Origin: Candidatus Latescibacterota bacterium
GTDB taxonomy: Bacteria; Latescibacterota; UBA2968
Length of the DNA: 64,000 nucleotides
Assembly (NCBI GenBank): GCA_965198115.1
Contig: OZ240241.1
Span: 960,001-1,024,000, forward strand
Direction: 5' to 3'
Position numbers and translations under genes: made by a program. Below, in pieces: positions 42,349 to 54,265 of the stretch (positions are counted from its first letter, which is position 1; the number at the start of each line of letters is the position of its first letter). Below the pieces are notes generated by a model. It saw nothing but the letters and a program-made list of their open reading frames with translations. It did not search any database and had not been told where the DNA came from.

Positions 42349-42517
42349 ACAGCAGGCCACTCGCAAGGCTGATACGTTCGCCGCGAATGAACTCGACAAT
42401 ATAGCTTCCTAGCAAAGGCTCCTGCTCCCGCCAACAGCGCGGTCGGGAGCCTTCTGCTTTTCAGGTGACCGCAACGTGCGTGTCACACTTATCGATCCTG
42501 GAGGCACAAGACCCTCG

Positions 42518-42624
42518 TTGAAAGACCAACCCAGCCTGACCCACCGCATTTCCACACAGGGCGCAGACCCCCTCTCCCTCTACGGTCACAACGACGCAAA
42601 TCTCGTTGCGCTCGAGTCTCGCTA
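42518..42624 (+). pseudogene. Probable 5' stub of phoH truncated by IS256
   Basis: GGAGG RBS; RISTQGADPLSLYGHNDANLVALESRY resembles PhoH N-termini. Confidence 0.5.
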
Positions 42625-43545
42625 CTCCACGGTCTCTCCCAGGGCGACTTCGAGTTGTCTTTGCGTGCGCTGCTCGGTGATGGCGCGCCGCTTTCGCCGA
42701 CCTCGATCGCTCGTCTTCGAGGGAAGTGGGAGGTCGACTTCCAGGACTGGAAAGAAAGGCGTCTGGATAATCGCGAACTGGTCTACGCCTGGGCTGATGG
42801 CATCTACGTCAAAGCCGGGCTCGAGCGCGAGAAGGCGTGTCTGCTGGTCGTGATCGGCGCGATGAGCGACGGCAGCAAGGAGATCCTGGCGATAGAACCC
42901 GGTTATCGAGAGTCTACAGAATCCTGGCTCACGGTGCTACGGGATCTCCGGGATCGCGGGCTCGAACATCCTGTCCTGATCGCCGCGGACGGGAATATGG
43001 GCATCTGGGCGGCCGTTGATCAGGTCTGGCCAGAGAGCCGGCAACAACGGTGCTGGAACCACAAGATCCTCAACGTGCTCGACAAGGTCGCCAAGCGTGC
43101 ACAGGCTGAAGCCCGCGCACTGCTCGTCCAGATCCCCTATGCCGGCACGAAAAAGGAGGCCGAGAAGCTCCGGAAACGCTTTGCCGCACGGTATCGCTCA
43201 CAGTTCCCTGCCGCCGTGGAGACGCTCGAAAGAGACTGGGATCGGATGGTCACGTTCTACGACTTCCCGAAGGAACACTGGAAACACCTGAGAACCACGA
43301 ACGTCGTCGAGAGCCCCTTTGCTTCCGTTCGGCTTCGCACAAACGCCGCCAGGCGATTCAAGAAAGTCAGGAACGCCACGACTCTCATCTGGCGTACGCT
43401 CAAGGTCGCAGAGAGCCGATTCAGGAAACTCACCGCGCCACACTTGCTACAACAAGTCTACGATCAGAAACACTCAACCGGACCGCAGGTCGAAGCCGGG
43501 AAGATGGCCGCCTGATTTCTTTTACACACCTATTGACCTGAGCTC
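42625..43545 (+). mobile_element. IS256 copy, 5'-truncated
   Basis: Near-identical to 36630-37550 (reverse strand); retains one IR ending GAGCTC. Confidence 0.92.
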
Positions 43546-43774
43546 ATGAGGTTAAGGTGTTGTGCCTATCCTAGTTGAAACTTAGAGGGCTCCAAACTTA
43601 CGTTGGGTAGACGTGTAGGAGCGTATACCCGTAAGAAAGGAGCCCAGATGGAGAAGCTATTTGTAGGCGATGGTGAAGTCAAGGTTGAGGGCGATGTCAT
43701 CGATTTGGAGACGCGTTTGTCGGTGATCCAGGCGCATACCGATCCTGCCGCAGCTTGAGCTTGGGCGGCACAGC

Positions 43775-44030
43775 CCCTCTGCTGGACAGGATTGTCACAT
43801 ACCAGATGCCAGAATTGTGGATGGCAACTATTTCTCCACGGCGGTTAAAGATAGGGCTCCCAGAATTGCCGGGAGCGGTCTCGATCGAGTGCTGGAGTAG
43901 GTGACCAGCAAGCGCCGACTTCCACTCCCCATCAAGTGTGATGTCCGATCTATAGGCTCGGATCGCCGAAAGGGTCCCCTCCTTGAAGGTTGGTGAGGGG
44001 TTGACCGCCGCTGGGTTAAATATCTTCTTC
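43775..44030 (-). pseudogene. Trypsin-like serine protease fragment
   Basis: LQHSIETAPGNSGSPIFNRRGEIVAIH. Confidence 0.65.
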
Positions 44031-44317
44031 GAGGATGCCAGGAAATCCCAAGACGCCCAGTTCATCGCCGAACCGAAGGTCCTGCACGACGGATCAGACC
44101 ACTTGCGATACCGACCACGATTGCGACAGCACCCAAGGTGAGAACGACAAGCGAGATCAGACTGAAGATGCCGGATGCCATTCTGTGTGCTTGCTACGGC
44201 GGAGAGGGGGTTCGTTATTGTAGCACTCTGGAATGCAGCGGTAGGGGGCAGACCTTTGTGTCAGTTTGGGGGTCGAGCAGCAGCTTTCAGCCTATCGTCA
44301 TCCGCGGACTTTTTTTA

Positions 44318-45737
44318 GGCTATATCCGGATCTCTCAACGAGCTGAAGTGGGTGAAGGTGCCGTGGTTCCTGGCATGGGGGCGCGGTTAGCGTGTGCGGA
44401 ACCTCTTCGGAATCTGCTCAGGGATGTTTAGGTCTCCGACGGTAAGGAAGATCATATCGTTGAATGCGTCGAGTGTGCGGAATCCGCTGGCTCGGTTCTT
44501 GACGATTTGGACGATTCGGTTGAGGCCTTCGGCGATGGCGTTGGTAAGACGCGTGTTCACGAATGCGAGGACGCCGAAGAAGTGCTGTCGCAGGGTCCTG
44601 ACGAACTTTCGCAGGGGTTCACGTCGACTTCTGAGTGCGGACGTCGTCCAGCATTTCAGGAAGCGTTCGGCAGCCCAGGGCGCTTTGTATTCCCATAACT
44701 GCTCGAACTCGTCCTTGAGTCTCCAGGCTCTATAGATTCGGTAGTTCGCCTTCTCCAGTGCTTTGAGTGTCCGAGTATCCCCTCTGGAGCGTGTCGCTGA
44801 GTGCCGGTAGAGGAGCCATCGGAGGCCCTTCATGGCTTTGCGCTCATCCGGGGCAGCTTTACGCCACTGGTCCTTACGGACCTCGTCAACGGCGGCATTG
44901 AGAGCCTTGACGATGTGAAAGCGATCGAGGACCAGCTTGGCATTCGGACAGTGTTCCTGGATGGCTCCGATGTAAGCTTCGCTCATGTCGCAGCAGGCCC
45001 ACTCGATCTTGGATCTCTGGTAGGGACTGAGAGCCTCTGTGAAGAACCGATCGATCGTTTTACGCGCCCTGCCGCGGCCAACCCACACCACGCAGAAGCG
45101 GTCCAGATCGTAAACGAGCGTGGCGTACCTGTGACGCTTGGCGTAGGAGATCTCGTCGATCCCGATGGTTTTGAGCCCTCGGATACGATGACCTTCACGA
45201 AGCCGCGTGATGGATCGGTGAAGGAGATCCGACAGCGTCGAGGCAGAGATGCGCAGTAACTCGGACGCCGCCTTCTGCGTCATGGTCTGGCAGTAGCGCA
45301 GCATGGCATACTCGAAGCGATACGTCACCTGAGAGAACCGCTCCGCCCACGGAATCTCCTCGACCACACGACCGTGGGTAGGACACCGAATCTCCCGAGG
45401 ATGGTAGAGAAGCCAGACCCTCCACCCGCACACCGGAATGTCACGCCACCGACGCGGATGGGGCATTGTGCGGACGATTTTACCTCGACGGCCGCACTCC
45501 GGACAACAACAACCATTCTTATGTGGCTTTACGGCGATGACGAAACAGCTTCTCCCCTCAAACCACCAGCTGACAACACGGAACCCCTTGAATCTCAGCA
45601 GTTTCGATAGTAATCTGCTCCCGGTCATAGGTCGCACCCCCTTCGCTTTGATTGTCCTACACACACAACCAAGCGTAGGGAACGATCTATGACCTTGTCA
45701 TTCTATAGTTTCACCGTTGAGAAACCCGGATAGAGCC
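44318..45737 (-). mobile_element. ISL3 copy 3 (intact transposase 44387-45664)
   Basis: IRs as in copy 1; perfect 8-bp TSD TTTTTTTA. Confidence 0.95.
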
Positions 45738-46005
45738 TTTTTTTAGGCCTCGTGATTGTGCACCGATGACACACGTGTTTCAGACTCGCCATAGACAACA
45801 GCGGCGCACGACTTCCTTCCTCCACCGGGTACCCAGGGCTGTCGCTCTGGGCTATGGGATGCCGCCCTTTGTTGAAACCTTCAACCTTCTGCGACCTCTG
45901 AGCTCCCTGCGGTAAGAGCTTTTCGTCTTTGCTCGTCCTCACTGCGGTCCTAAATTGTTCGCAATCAGGTCTTTAAAGGCACCGCTGGACCTAGGGAGGA
46001 GATCC

Positions 46006-46540
46006 ATGCGAGTTCTCACGTTCTTCGCTTCCCTTCTGCTCGTTACGAATGCGTTCGCCCAATCCAAGGGCACCATCATCGGCCGTGTCGTCGACGACGC
46101 CGGGGAACCTCTGCCCGGTGCGAATGTCGTCGTCGAAGGGACCACTCTCCAGGCGCCCGCGGGCGACGTCACAAACGACCAGGGCCACTACGAAGTCAGA
46201 GGCCTTGGGCACGGGAAATATCGCGTCACCGTTTCCTTCATCGGTTTTAAGACCGTTTCCCGCTCTGTCCAGTTGACTTCCGAGCAGTTGGCCTTCGATG
46301 TCACACTTCAAGCCGATCTGCTTGAACACGATCAGCTGATCCTCTCGGCATCGCGCTCCCAGCAAAAAGCGCTCGACGCACCGGCCTCTGTTTCTGTCAT
46401 CACCGGCGACGAAGTCAACAGCACACCCGCCCTCAACGTGGCGGAGAACATCCGTTCCCAGCCGGGTGTCGACTTTGTCAAAACGGGTCTGGTCCAGAAC
46501 AACGTCGTTGCTCGAGGATTCAACAACGTCTTCTCCGCAT
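46006..46540 (+). pseudogene. N-terminal fragment of a TonB-dependent receptor
   Basis: Signal peptide, GTIIGRVVD..GEPLPGANV, SFIGFK, plug 'APASVSVI...PGVD...ARGFN'; no barrel follows. Confidence 0.8.
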
Positions 46541-46549
46541 CAGAGGAAA

Positions 46550-48694
46550 TCGAGGGTGTGGCTTCTTTCGAACCGATGTCGACACACCAGCGAGCGGCCG
46601 GGGAGACATCACCGTTTATCCCGGGTTCGACGGCGGGTTACCCGGAGAACACGTCGGACCGGAAGAAAACGCACTCAAAGATCGATTGCGCACACGCGCC
46701 ACGGCCAGCCGCTACCACGATGCTGGCGCCGACGGGATCTATGTCTTCAACTGGCACGCGGGCCCGAACACACGACGAGAACTCCTCATACAGATCGGAT
46801 CGTCGGAAACACTCAAGGGTACCGACAAGATTTATGGGCTATATCCGGATCTCTCAACGAGCTGAAGTGGGTGAAGGTGCCGTGGTTCCTGGCATGGGGG
46901 CGCGGTTAGAGTGTGCGGAACCTCTTCGGAATCTGCTCAGGGATGTTTATGTCTCCGACGGTAAGGAAGATCATATCGTTGAATGCGTCGAGTGTGCGGA
47001 ATCCGCTGGCTCGGTTCTTGACGATTTGGACGATTCGGTTGAGGCCTTCGGCGATGGCGTTGGTAAGACGCGTGTTCACGAATGCGAGGACGCCGAAGAA
47101 GTGCTGTCGCAGGGTCCTGACGAACTTTCGCAGGGGTTCAAGTCGACTTCTGAGTGCGGACGTCGTCCAGCATTTCAGGAAGCGTTCGGCAGCCCAGGGC
47201 GCTTTGTATTCCCAGAACTGCTCGAACTCGTCCTTGAGTCTCCAGGCTCTATAGATTCGGTAGTTCGCCTTCTCCAGTGCTTTGAGTGTCCGAGTATCCC
47301 CTCTGGAGCGTGTCGCTGAGTGCCGGTAGAGGAGCCTCGGAGGCCCTTCATGGCTTTGCGCTCATCCGGGGCAGCTTTACGCCACTGGTCCTTACGGACC
47401 TCGTCAACGGCGGCATTGAGAGCCTTGACGATGTGAAAGCGATCGAGGACCAGCTTGGCATTCGGACAGTGTTCCTGGATGGCTCCGATGTAAGCTTCGC
47501 TCATGTCGCAGCAGGCCCACTCGATCTTGGATCTCCGGTAGGGACTGAGAGCCTCTGTGAAGAACCGATCGATCGTTTTACGCGCCCTGCCGCGGCCAAC
47601 CCACACCACGCAGGAGCGGTCCAGATCGTAAACGAGCGTGGCGTACCTGTGACGCTTGGCGTAGGAGATCTCGTCGATCCCGATGGTTTTGAGCCCTCGG
47701 ATACGATGACCTTCACGAAGCCGCGTGATGGATCGGTGAAGGAGATCCGACAGCGTCGAGGCAGAGATGCGCAGTAACTCGGACGCCGCCTTCTGCGTCA
47801 TGGTCTGGCAGTAGCGCAGCATGGCATACTCGAAGCGATACGTCACCCGAGAGAACCGCTCCGCCCACGGAATCTCCTCGACCACACGACCGTGGGTAGG
47901 ACACCGAATCTCCCGAGGATGGTAGAGAAGCCAGACCCTCCACCCGCACACCGGAATGTCACGCCACCGACGCGGATGGGGCATTGTGCGGACGATTTTA
48001 CCTCGACGGCCGCACTCCGGACAACAACAACCATTCTTATGTGGCTTTACGGCGATGACGAAACAGCTTCTCCCCTCAAACCACCAGCTGACAACACGGA
48101 ACCCCTTGAATCTCAGCAGTTTCGATAGTAATCTGCTCCCGGTCATAGGTCGCACCCCCTTCGCTTTGATTGTCCTACACACACAACCAAGCGTAGGGAA
48201 CGATCTATGACCTTGTCATTCTATAGTTTCACCGTTGAGAAACCCGGATAGAGCCGATTTATGCTGCAACCCACCGCGTCATCGTCAAAGAGGGCGACTG
48301 GCGGGGCGCCTATCGCGGAGATCGGTTGCGCGGCGACGTTCCCGTGGCCCTCAAGCGCACGCTCACCGGAGACGGACCCACGGTGGCGCTGAATGTCGCC
48401 GACGAAGACCTGTCATCGGCCGAGCTCCGACTACGACTGCAGGATTGGGTCGTGGGCGATACGATCGGGGTATGGTGGGACGACACGCAGCTGGTCGATC
48501 CTGACATCCGCTACTGCCACGCGGGCGTCCCTCACCCGATCAGCGCTGTCAGCGGGGCGGCCTGGCTGCACTACGATCTGGGCGAAATCGCTGCAGGACC
48601 GCACCAAGTGAAGGTTGCGCTGATCGAGCGCCATCCTTAGCTTGCCTGTGACTTGATACTCACCGATGTGGAAATCGTCATCCGACACGGCTGA
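46550..48694 (+). pseudogene. C-terminal part of a glycosyl hydrolase-like (GHL10-type) protein split by ISL3 copy 4
   Basis: 'GADGIYVFNW...TDKIY|AATH' reads through the TSD; in-frame TAG at 48638. Confidence 0.55.
46837..48255 (-). mobile_element. ISL3 copy 4 (1-nt deletion near 47336)
   Basis: IRs as in copy 1; perfect 8-bp TSD GATTTATG. Confidence 0.95.
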
Positions 48695-48697
48695 AGG

Positions 48698-49411
48698 TTG
48701 CCGAACAAGGAGGCCAATGTGGCAAACGTCTACGCAGCATTCCGATCGCCTTATGCCCAGCCCAACGGCATGCAAATGACGGACGAGGGCCTGTGGGTGG
48801 TCGACCAGGTCACCGACCGTTGCGCCCTCGTCGAGACCGAAAACATCAACCGCTATGGCAAAACGGAGGTTCTTCGGGAATTCGAGACCGAATCGTCCAA
48901 CACCAGCGGCCTGACCTACGGCGACGGCGCCCTCTGGCTGGCCGCAAACGGCCCGGGGGCCAAGTATCGCCCCGGACGCGACACGGATTTCCCGTCGGGA
49001 GCCACGGTCAAGGTCGACCCCCAAACCGGCAAGACGCTCGATTCCTGGCCCATGCCCCACGAGGGGGGAACGCACGGCATCGAGTTCGACAACCACGAAG
49101 TGGGCACCATGTGGTTGGCCACTGGAAAAACCATGTCTCAGGTAAAGATGGAAGACCGATCGGTCATCCGGGAGGTCGAGATGCCCTACGGTCGCTCACA
49201 CGGAGTCGTTCGAGTTGAGGACGGCCTTTGGATCGCCTTCACAAACGATCGATGCCTCATCAAATTCGACATCGAGTCGAACGAAGAAATGGTCCGCATC
49301 GACATCCCGGAATGCCATCCCGCCCCCCACGGCGTGTCCATCTACAACGGAGGATTCATCTACTGCGACTCCTCCACAGGCTGGATCGGCATCATCGAAA
49401 CGAAAGTCTGA
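48698..49411 (+). CDS. Beta-propeller-like hypothetical protein
   Basis: Repeats PNGM..GLWV, SGLTY..ALWL, HGIEF..MWL, HGVV..GLWI, PHGVS. Confidence 0.7.
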   Translation: MPNKEANVANVYAAFRSPYAQPNGMQMTDEGLWVVDQVTDRCALVETENINRYGKTEVLREFETESSNTSGLTYGDGALWLAANGPGAKYRPGRDTDFPSGATVKVDPQTGKTLDSWPMPHEGGTHGIEFDNHEVGTMWLATGKTMSQVKMEDRSVIREVEMPYGRSHGVVRVEDGLWIAFTNDRCLIKFDIESNEEMVRIDIPECHPAPHGVSIYNGGFIYCDSSTGWIGIIETKV

Positions 49412-49562
49412 AACCCCTAGACCACGGAATACACGGAAAACAACAGCTCGGCCGACCCCCGAGCCACCTCCGGGCACCTCGCGGATAGCGCCACCGACCC
49501 ACGGAGCCCTCCCTTCCGTGTGTTCAGTGTGTTCCCTGGTTCCACGGTTTCTTTCGTGTATT

Positions 49563-49750
49563 TCGCCCGCCTTTGCGAATTGCACCGACCAGTCGATGTA
49601 TCGCGGGTGCTGCGTGCTGTAGGGTGACCGGATCAACAGGACGGGGAATCGGTCACCTCTGGCCGGGCGGTACATGGCGGCGTAGAGGTTCACGCCGTCC
49701 CGCATGGGGATCTTCAGATCGAGCTGTATGTGAACGTCGGGTTCCGCCAT
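49563..49750 (-). pseudogene. N-terminal fragment of a CocE/NonD hydrolase
   Basis: IPMRDGVNL..YRP...FPVLLIRSPY; breaks off into intergenic repeats. Confidence 0.75.
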
Positions 49751-49762
49751 TGCTCAGCCGCT

Positions 49763-50779
49763 TTACATCCCGTCCCAGACTTCGTCGAACAGGCGCATCC
49801 AGTTGTCGCCCAGGATCTTTCTGACGTCATCGTCGCCGTAGCCCCGATTGGTCAAGGTCGTCGCCAGGTTGGGAAATTTGTCGGGTGTCTCGAAGTCTTT
49901 CGGACATTCCAAGTCTTTCGGACATTCCGCGAAGCTTCTGTAGTTGGCGGTCGACTTGACGAAGGTCGAAGGCCACTTGGTGCCCTGCTGCGAGCCGATA
50001 TAGCGCCAGAAAGATTCGGGCTGATCCTGCGTGAAGTCCGTTCCGACAGCGACTTGGTCGATGCCGACGCGATCGATCAGATCTTCTATCGCGTCCGCGT
50101 AATCCCCGATCGTGGAATCGAATTTCCTCGGGAGGAAGTTGGGGAAAGAGGTCGAGCCGATGACCCCATCTCTCTCTTTCAACAGCTGCAGCACATCGTC
50201 CGGCTTGTTGCGAGGATGGTCGCAGAAGGCTCTGGCATTCGAGTGGGTGATGGCGACCGGCTTCTGCGAGTGCTCGATCGACTCGAGCGTCGATGTGTCG
50301 CCCACGTGCGACAGGTCGACGAGGATCCCCAGGCGGTTCATTTCGTGGATCGCGTCGACCCCGAAATTGCTCAAGCCTTCGTCGCAGCGTTCCCAACATC
50401 CGTTTCCGAGCAGGTTTCGCTCGTGGTAGGTGACCTGGATGATCTTGACACCGAGATCGTGGAAGATGCTGAGCTTTTTGAGGTCGTTTTCGATCGGGGA
50501 GGCGTTCTGGAAACCGAGGATGATGCCGACACGGTTTTCCTCTTTGGCCCGTCCGATGTCAGCGGTGGATCGGACCTGAATCAGCGTGCTCCCGTTCGAT
50601 TCGAATCGCTCGGGCCATTTTGAAAGATGGTCCAGTGTCTCGATGAAATTCTCCCACGCGACAACAGTGGCGTTGATGGCGGTTACACCGCCGGCGTGAA
50701 GGCTCTTGAAGACAGCCGGGCTGTCCCAATTGCTCACGTTCAGACCGTCGATGACGATCGCGTCTTCGTAGACACCCAT
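49763..50779 (-). CDS. Membrane dipeptidase (peptidase M19)
   Basis: GFQN, VDLSHVG, THSN, HPRNK, GTDF, KILGDNW; 18-bp tandem duplication at 49893-49928. Confidence 0.9.
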   Translation of the reverse strand: MGVYEDAIVIDGLNVSNWDSPAVFKSLHAGGVTAINATVVAWENFIETLDHLSKWPERFESNGSTLIQVRSTADIGRAKEENRVGIILGFQNASPIENDLKKLSIFHDLGVKIIQVTYHERNLLGNGCWERCDEGLSNFGVDAIHEMNRLGILVDLSHVGDTSTLESIEHSQKPVAITHSNARAFCDHPRNKPDDVLQLLKERDGVIGSTSFPNFLPRKFDSTIGDYADAIEDLIDRVGIDQVAVGTDFTQDQPESFWRYIGSQQGTKWPSTFVKSTANYRSFAECPKDLECPKDFETPDKFPNLATTLTNRGYGDDDVRKILGDNWMRLFDEVWDGM

Positions 50780-50782
50780 GTC

Positions 50783-50990
50783 TTAGCCTGATGCGTGGAC
50801 GAATCGATCGAGACGGAACCGCTCGATCGGATAGGTTGTCTCGCCTGTGGTGGCCAGGTCGGCGAGGATTCGGCCGAAGAGGGTCGAGAATTTGAACCCG
50901 TGTCCGGAAAACCCCGCGGCAATCAGGACGTTGGGATGGTGCGGGTGAAAGCCGATGAGGAAGTCCCGGTCCGGTGTCACGTATACATGC
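50783..50990 (-). pseudogene. C-terminal fragment of sarcosine/N-methyltryptophan oxidase
   Basis: Y.TPDRDFLIG.HP...AAGFSGHGFKF. Confidence 0.75.
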
Positions 50991-51617
50991 AATGTGGATC
51001 CTGATACGAATGTGGCGTCGACCTGAGGCAGGATGAATAGTAACGCACCTTGCGCGATCGCCATTGTGCGTCGCCCGGCAGGATTGAAACCGTCGGCGTT
51101 TCGACTTCTCGCATCAGTTCTCTCCCTGCAAGATCCCCAGGAATCTCACGTCGAGCTTTGGCTGACTCTTGGGAATGGCGTGATGACAGTTGATTTCCAG
51201 GGGGTGCCCGGCAACTGGCCGTGATCGAGACCGTCGACAATCCAGGCCTTTCAGTTGAGCGTGAGCAAGCGTCAAGACCGACCTCGTGACCGTGTTCTCC
51301 TTGCTCGTCTCGCCGGTTGAATTTTCACAGTACCTTTGCACTTTGGGTATCGCACACAACCGTAAAACGATCCAAATAGGCCTTTCTGCAGGCGTGTCTC
51401 TGCCCCGCAATCCGGGTATGGCGAGCCTTCCTCCGGCAGATTTGGTTCGCGGCGGCCGCTTTATCTCCGCCTTCATATTCCGTTTCCAACCACAGCTTGC
51501 TTCACATTCAAAGTAAGGCCCGTATTTACCGTCCTTAAACACCGAATGCATACCACAACTCTCACAACGCGGATTCTCTGCTTCCGCTACGTTTGCTACA
51601 GGGGGGAGATTCCCGAC

Positions 51618-53376
51618 CTATTCTTTTTCAAAGCCCTGACTCGTGAACTTCAGTGTCCGGCTGTTTTCCGTGACCGTGCGAATGACGTGATCCGGGGCTC
51701 CCTCCGGCACCTCGGCTTCTATCTCAAGGGTCACCGTGACCTGAGCCCCCACCAGGCCGGAAAGATGCGAGATCACCTCCTCCGCAATCCGGCTCGCGTC
51801 GCGGCCCACCCTCGCGGAATCAAGTGTCGCGGTCCCATGAAACCGAGTCGGTTGCGGCGCCGGCGGTGTGCCCGCCGGAACCTCCCCGGGACCCAATTCT
51901 TCGCCTGGGACCGGGATCTCTCCACCCGTCCCTGCATCGTCTGCTTTTCCACTGATCGATGGTGCCCTCTCGGCATCCAGCTGTTGACGCGCGATATCCG
52001 TCTTGACGAGCAATCCAGGAGCATCCGCATCCGGCAATGAAATGACTCGCCCACCACGTAAACCACGATATCGCTTTGCCGCATCGTCAAAGCTGTCCGC
52101 GAACGCATACGCATCCTGCTCCCAGGTGAGAAGGGCGATGCCATCTCTGATTGCATTTAGAAGAACCGTCGAGTCGCTGACCCGTGGCAGATAGAGATAC
52201 CGCGCAAAATCCTCGACGATTTGTTTGATCGACACATGGTCGCCGCGCCAGAGAGGTACGCGATCAAGCTCCATCCGTAGTCGAGTGGCGGCAAAGCCGG
52301 TCACCAGCAGCTCATCGCTTTTCAGCTTCTTGCTCGCCCTGGCTGCGAGCGAATGCTGGCCCGACAGCCTCACGGCCTGCCACTCCATCGAGGCCTCGGG
52401 ACGGGTCTGAACCGGAACCAGGAGCCACTGGTACGTCTCCGGGAGCCGAGCCGTAACCGCGCCGGAGGCAGCCTCCTTTTGGGTTTCGGCCTGCTTGACC
52501 TGATGAGGCGAAAGGTCGAGCTGTTCTCGCTCACCGAGTATCGATTCCCATGCCAAGTACCGCCGGACCGCCTCATCGAGATCCTGTAGCCTCGTCTTGT
52601 CCGCGGCCAGAAAAACGAGTGTGTTGCGACAGATCCTCGGCGCGCTACCCCTCGATTCCAAGATGGCTTGCGCCGCGGTCTCTGCGGGATTTCCCTTCTC
52701 TTTGCTGTAGGGCGTGTCGATTCCGAGCACCACGAGTCGTGCATCGAGGTCATCCGGAACATCCTGCCCGGATTGCGGGAGGGGATGCACTCGATTGAAG
52801 TCACCCGTGTCGCGGAGATCCGAGCGGAGTCGCGAACCGAGCTCCTGCACTACCTTGTCGGGGTTGCGCTTCAACTGCTCGGCGCGATCCTCCGCCACCT
52901 TCGTGACGGTTGGCTGCGTGGAGTACCAGTAACGAGGACCATCCTGGTAGAGGTACGTTGCCGCACCGGCCAGACGCCGCAGCGCGTCGCCGAACACCGC
53001 CGGAGACTCCCCCGGCATGACACAGCCGAGTTTGACGCGACGGTCCTCAAGACCCCGATGCGCCGCATCGGCGGTGGGGGCGGATCCGAGATAAATCGCT
53101 CGCGCGACGCGTCGGGAAGCATGGAACTTTCCGAGGTTCGGAACCGCGCGGTCAATCCGTAGGGGCAGCGAGCTGGGCCCGTCCACGTCTTTCTCGATCA
53201 CCGGCACCCAATTGTCGGGGAGATACCGGGTCAGCTCGAACTGTACGCGTGGATCGTCGATCGCTATGTTCGCCGGCAGAATCAGCGGATTCCTGTCGTC
53301 TTTCTCCCACAGGCTGTGAATCACGGCCGCCATCAACCGCAACACGCCACGCGTGCGCTGGAATTTCACCAGCGTC
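51618..53376 (-). pseudogene. C-terminal part of a DUF499 AAA+ ATPase, 5'-truncated
   Basis: KFQRTRGVLRLMAAV, RNTLVFLAAD, RTVTENSRTLKF; N-terminal ATPase domain missing. Confidence 0.8.
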
Positions 53377-53377
53377 C

Positions 53378-53665
53378 TACTACGTTCTGGGCCAGGGCGC
53401 CAACTCCAAGCTCAAAGCGGCTGGACAAAACCTGATGGACCAAGCGCTACGTCTGAGCGAGCATAAGGAGACGATTCGCTTGTTCTCATCCTTCTCATAT
53501 CAGGCTGGCACCTGGCGGCAGCCTCGCCGGATCATTCACAAGGCTGAAGTCACAAACGGCGAAGCAAATCCAAGATACCTCGTGACCAATTTACAGAGTA
53601 ATCGAGACGGCTTTATCTATGATCGTATCTACTGCGCAAGGGGACGCACGGAAGGCTTCATCAAG
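53378..53665 (+). mobile_element. Internal IS1380 transposase fragment
   Basis: Near-identical to 39945-40193 (reverse), then continues YCARGRTEGFIK. Confidence 0.85.
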
Positions 53666-53823
53666 GCCCCCGATCGTTCGACCGGGGGCTGAGTTCCTTT
53701 CCTACCGTCTTGGTGGATTCCTACACCTACACCTTCTATCAACGGAGCCCTCGGCCCGGCTCGATTGCCCTCAATCACTTCTACGACATCGATCTGATTA
53801 AGACCAGCCCCCGCATCCTCCAA

Positions 53824-54011
53824 GTTTCAATACAGTCATGCATCCCCCAGGCTTTCATACGGCCCTTTTAAGCTCTTTTCGCCCCGAAAGGGCACCCATT
53901 ACTACTTTCAACCTCAAAGCCTCCTTAAAAGGCTTGTATGAGGGTCTCAGTGGCGCAGACTGCTTCCTCCCTGCGACTTCGACGCCCGCCATCGCTCCGG
54001 CGCGGAACCAA
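53824..54011 (-). ncRNA. Putative structured RNA ending in a solitary CRISPR-like repeat (copy A; repeat 53824-53860)
   Basis: About 90% identical by eye to 56396-56587; ends GTATGAAAGCCTGGGGGATGCATGACTGTATTGAAAC. Confidence 0.55.
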
Positions 54012-54265
54012 CCCAGCCCTCCCAGGCCGCCCGAGCTCGCGCTTGAGACGAAAGGTTTCACGCTCGGCCTTGATCGCTGCCTTCAGCGCAGGGCCTTTCG
54101 GCGTCAGCTCCCGCCGCAACTTGAAGGCGACCTCGGACAGGCCGGCGTGGGCCTCGGCTACCGTTTCGACCAGCTCCTGGAGTTCGTCTTCGGTCATCTG
54201 CCCCCCATGCGGTTGTCGGTAAACAATGGTAGCCATGAGGGCGTATTGGCCCCTGGCGTCCGGTC

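Noticed and set aside
45955-47319. 454-aa ORF as a single novel protein
   Set aside because: Read-through of a TonB receptor stub into an out-of-frame fragment and the antisense strand of ISL3.
48638-48640. Pyrrolysine or read-through at the in-frame TAG
   Set aside because: The gene is already 5'-truncated and IS-disrupted, no pyl genes are present, and a CAG-to-TAG change is simpler.
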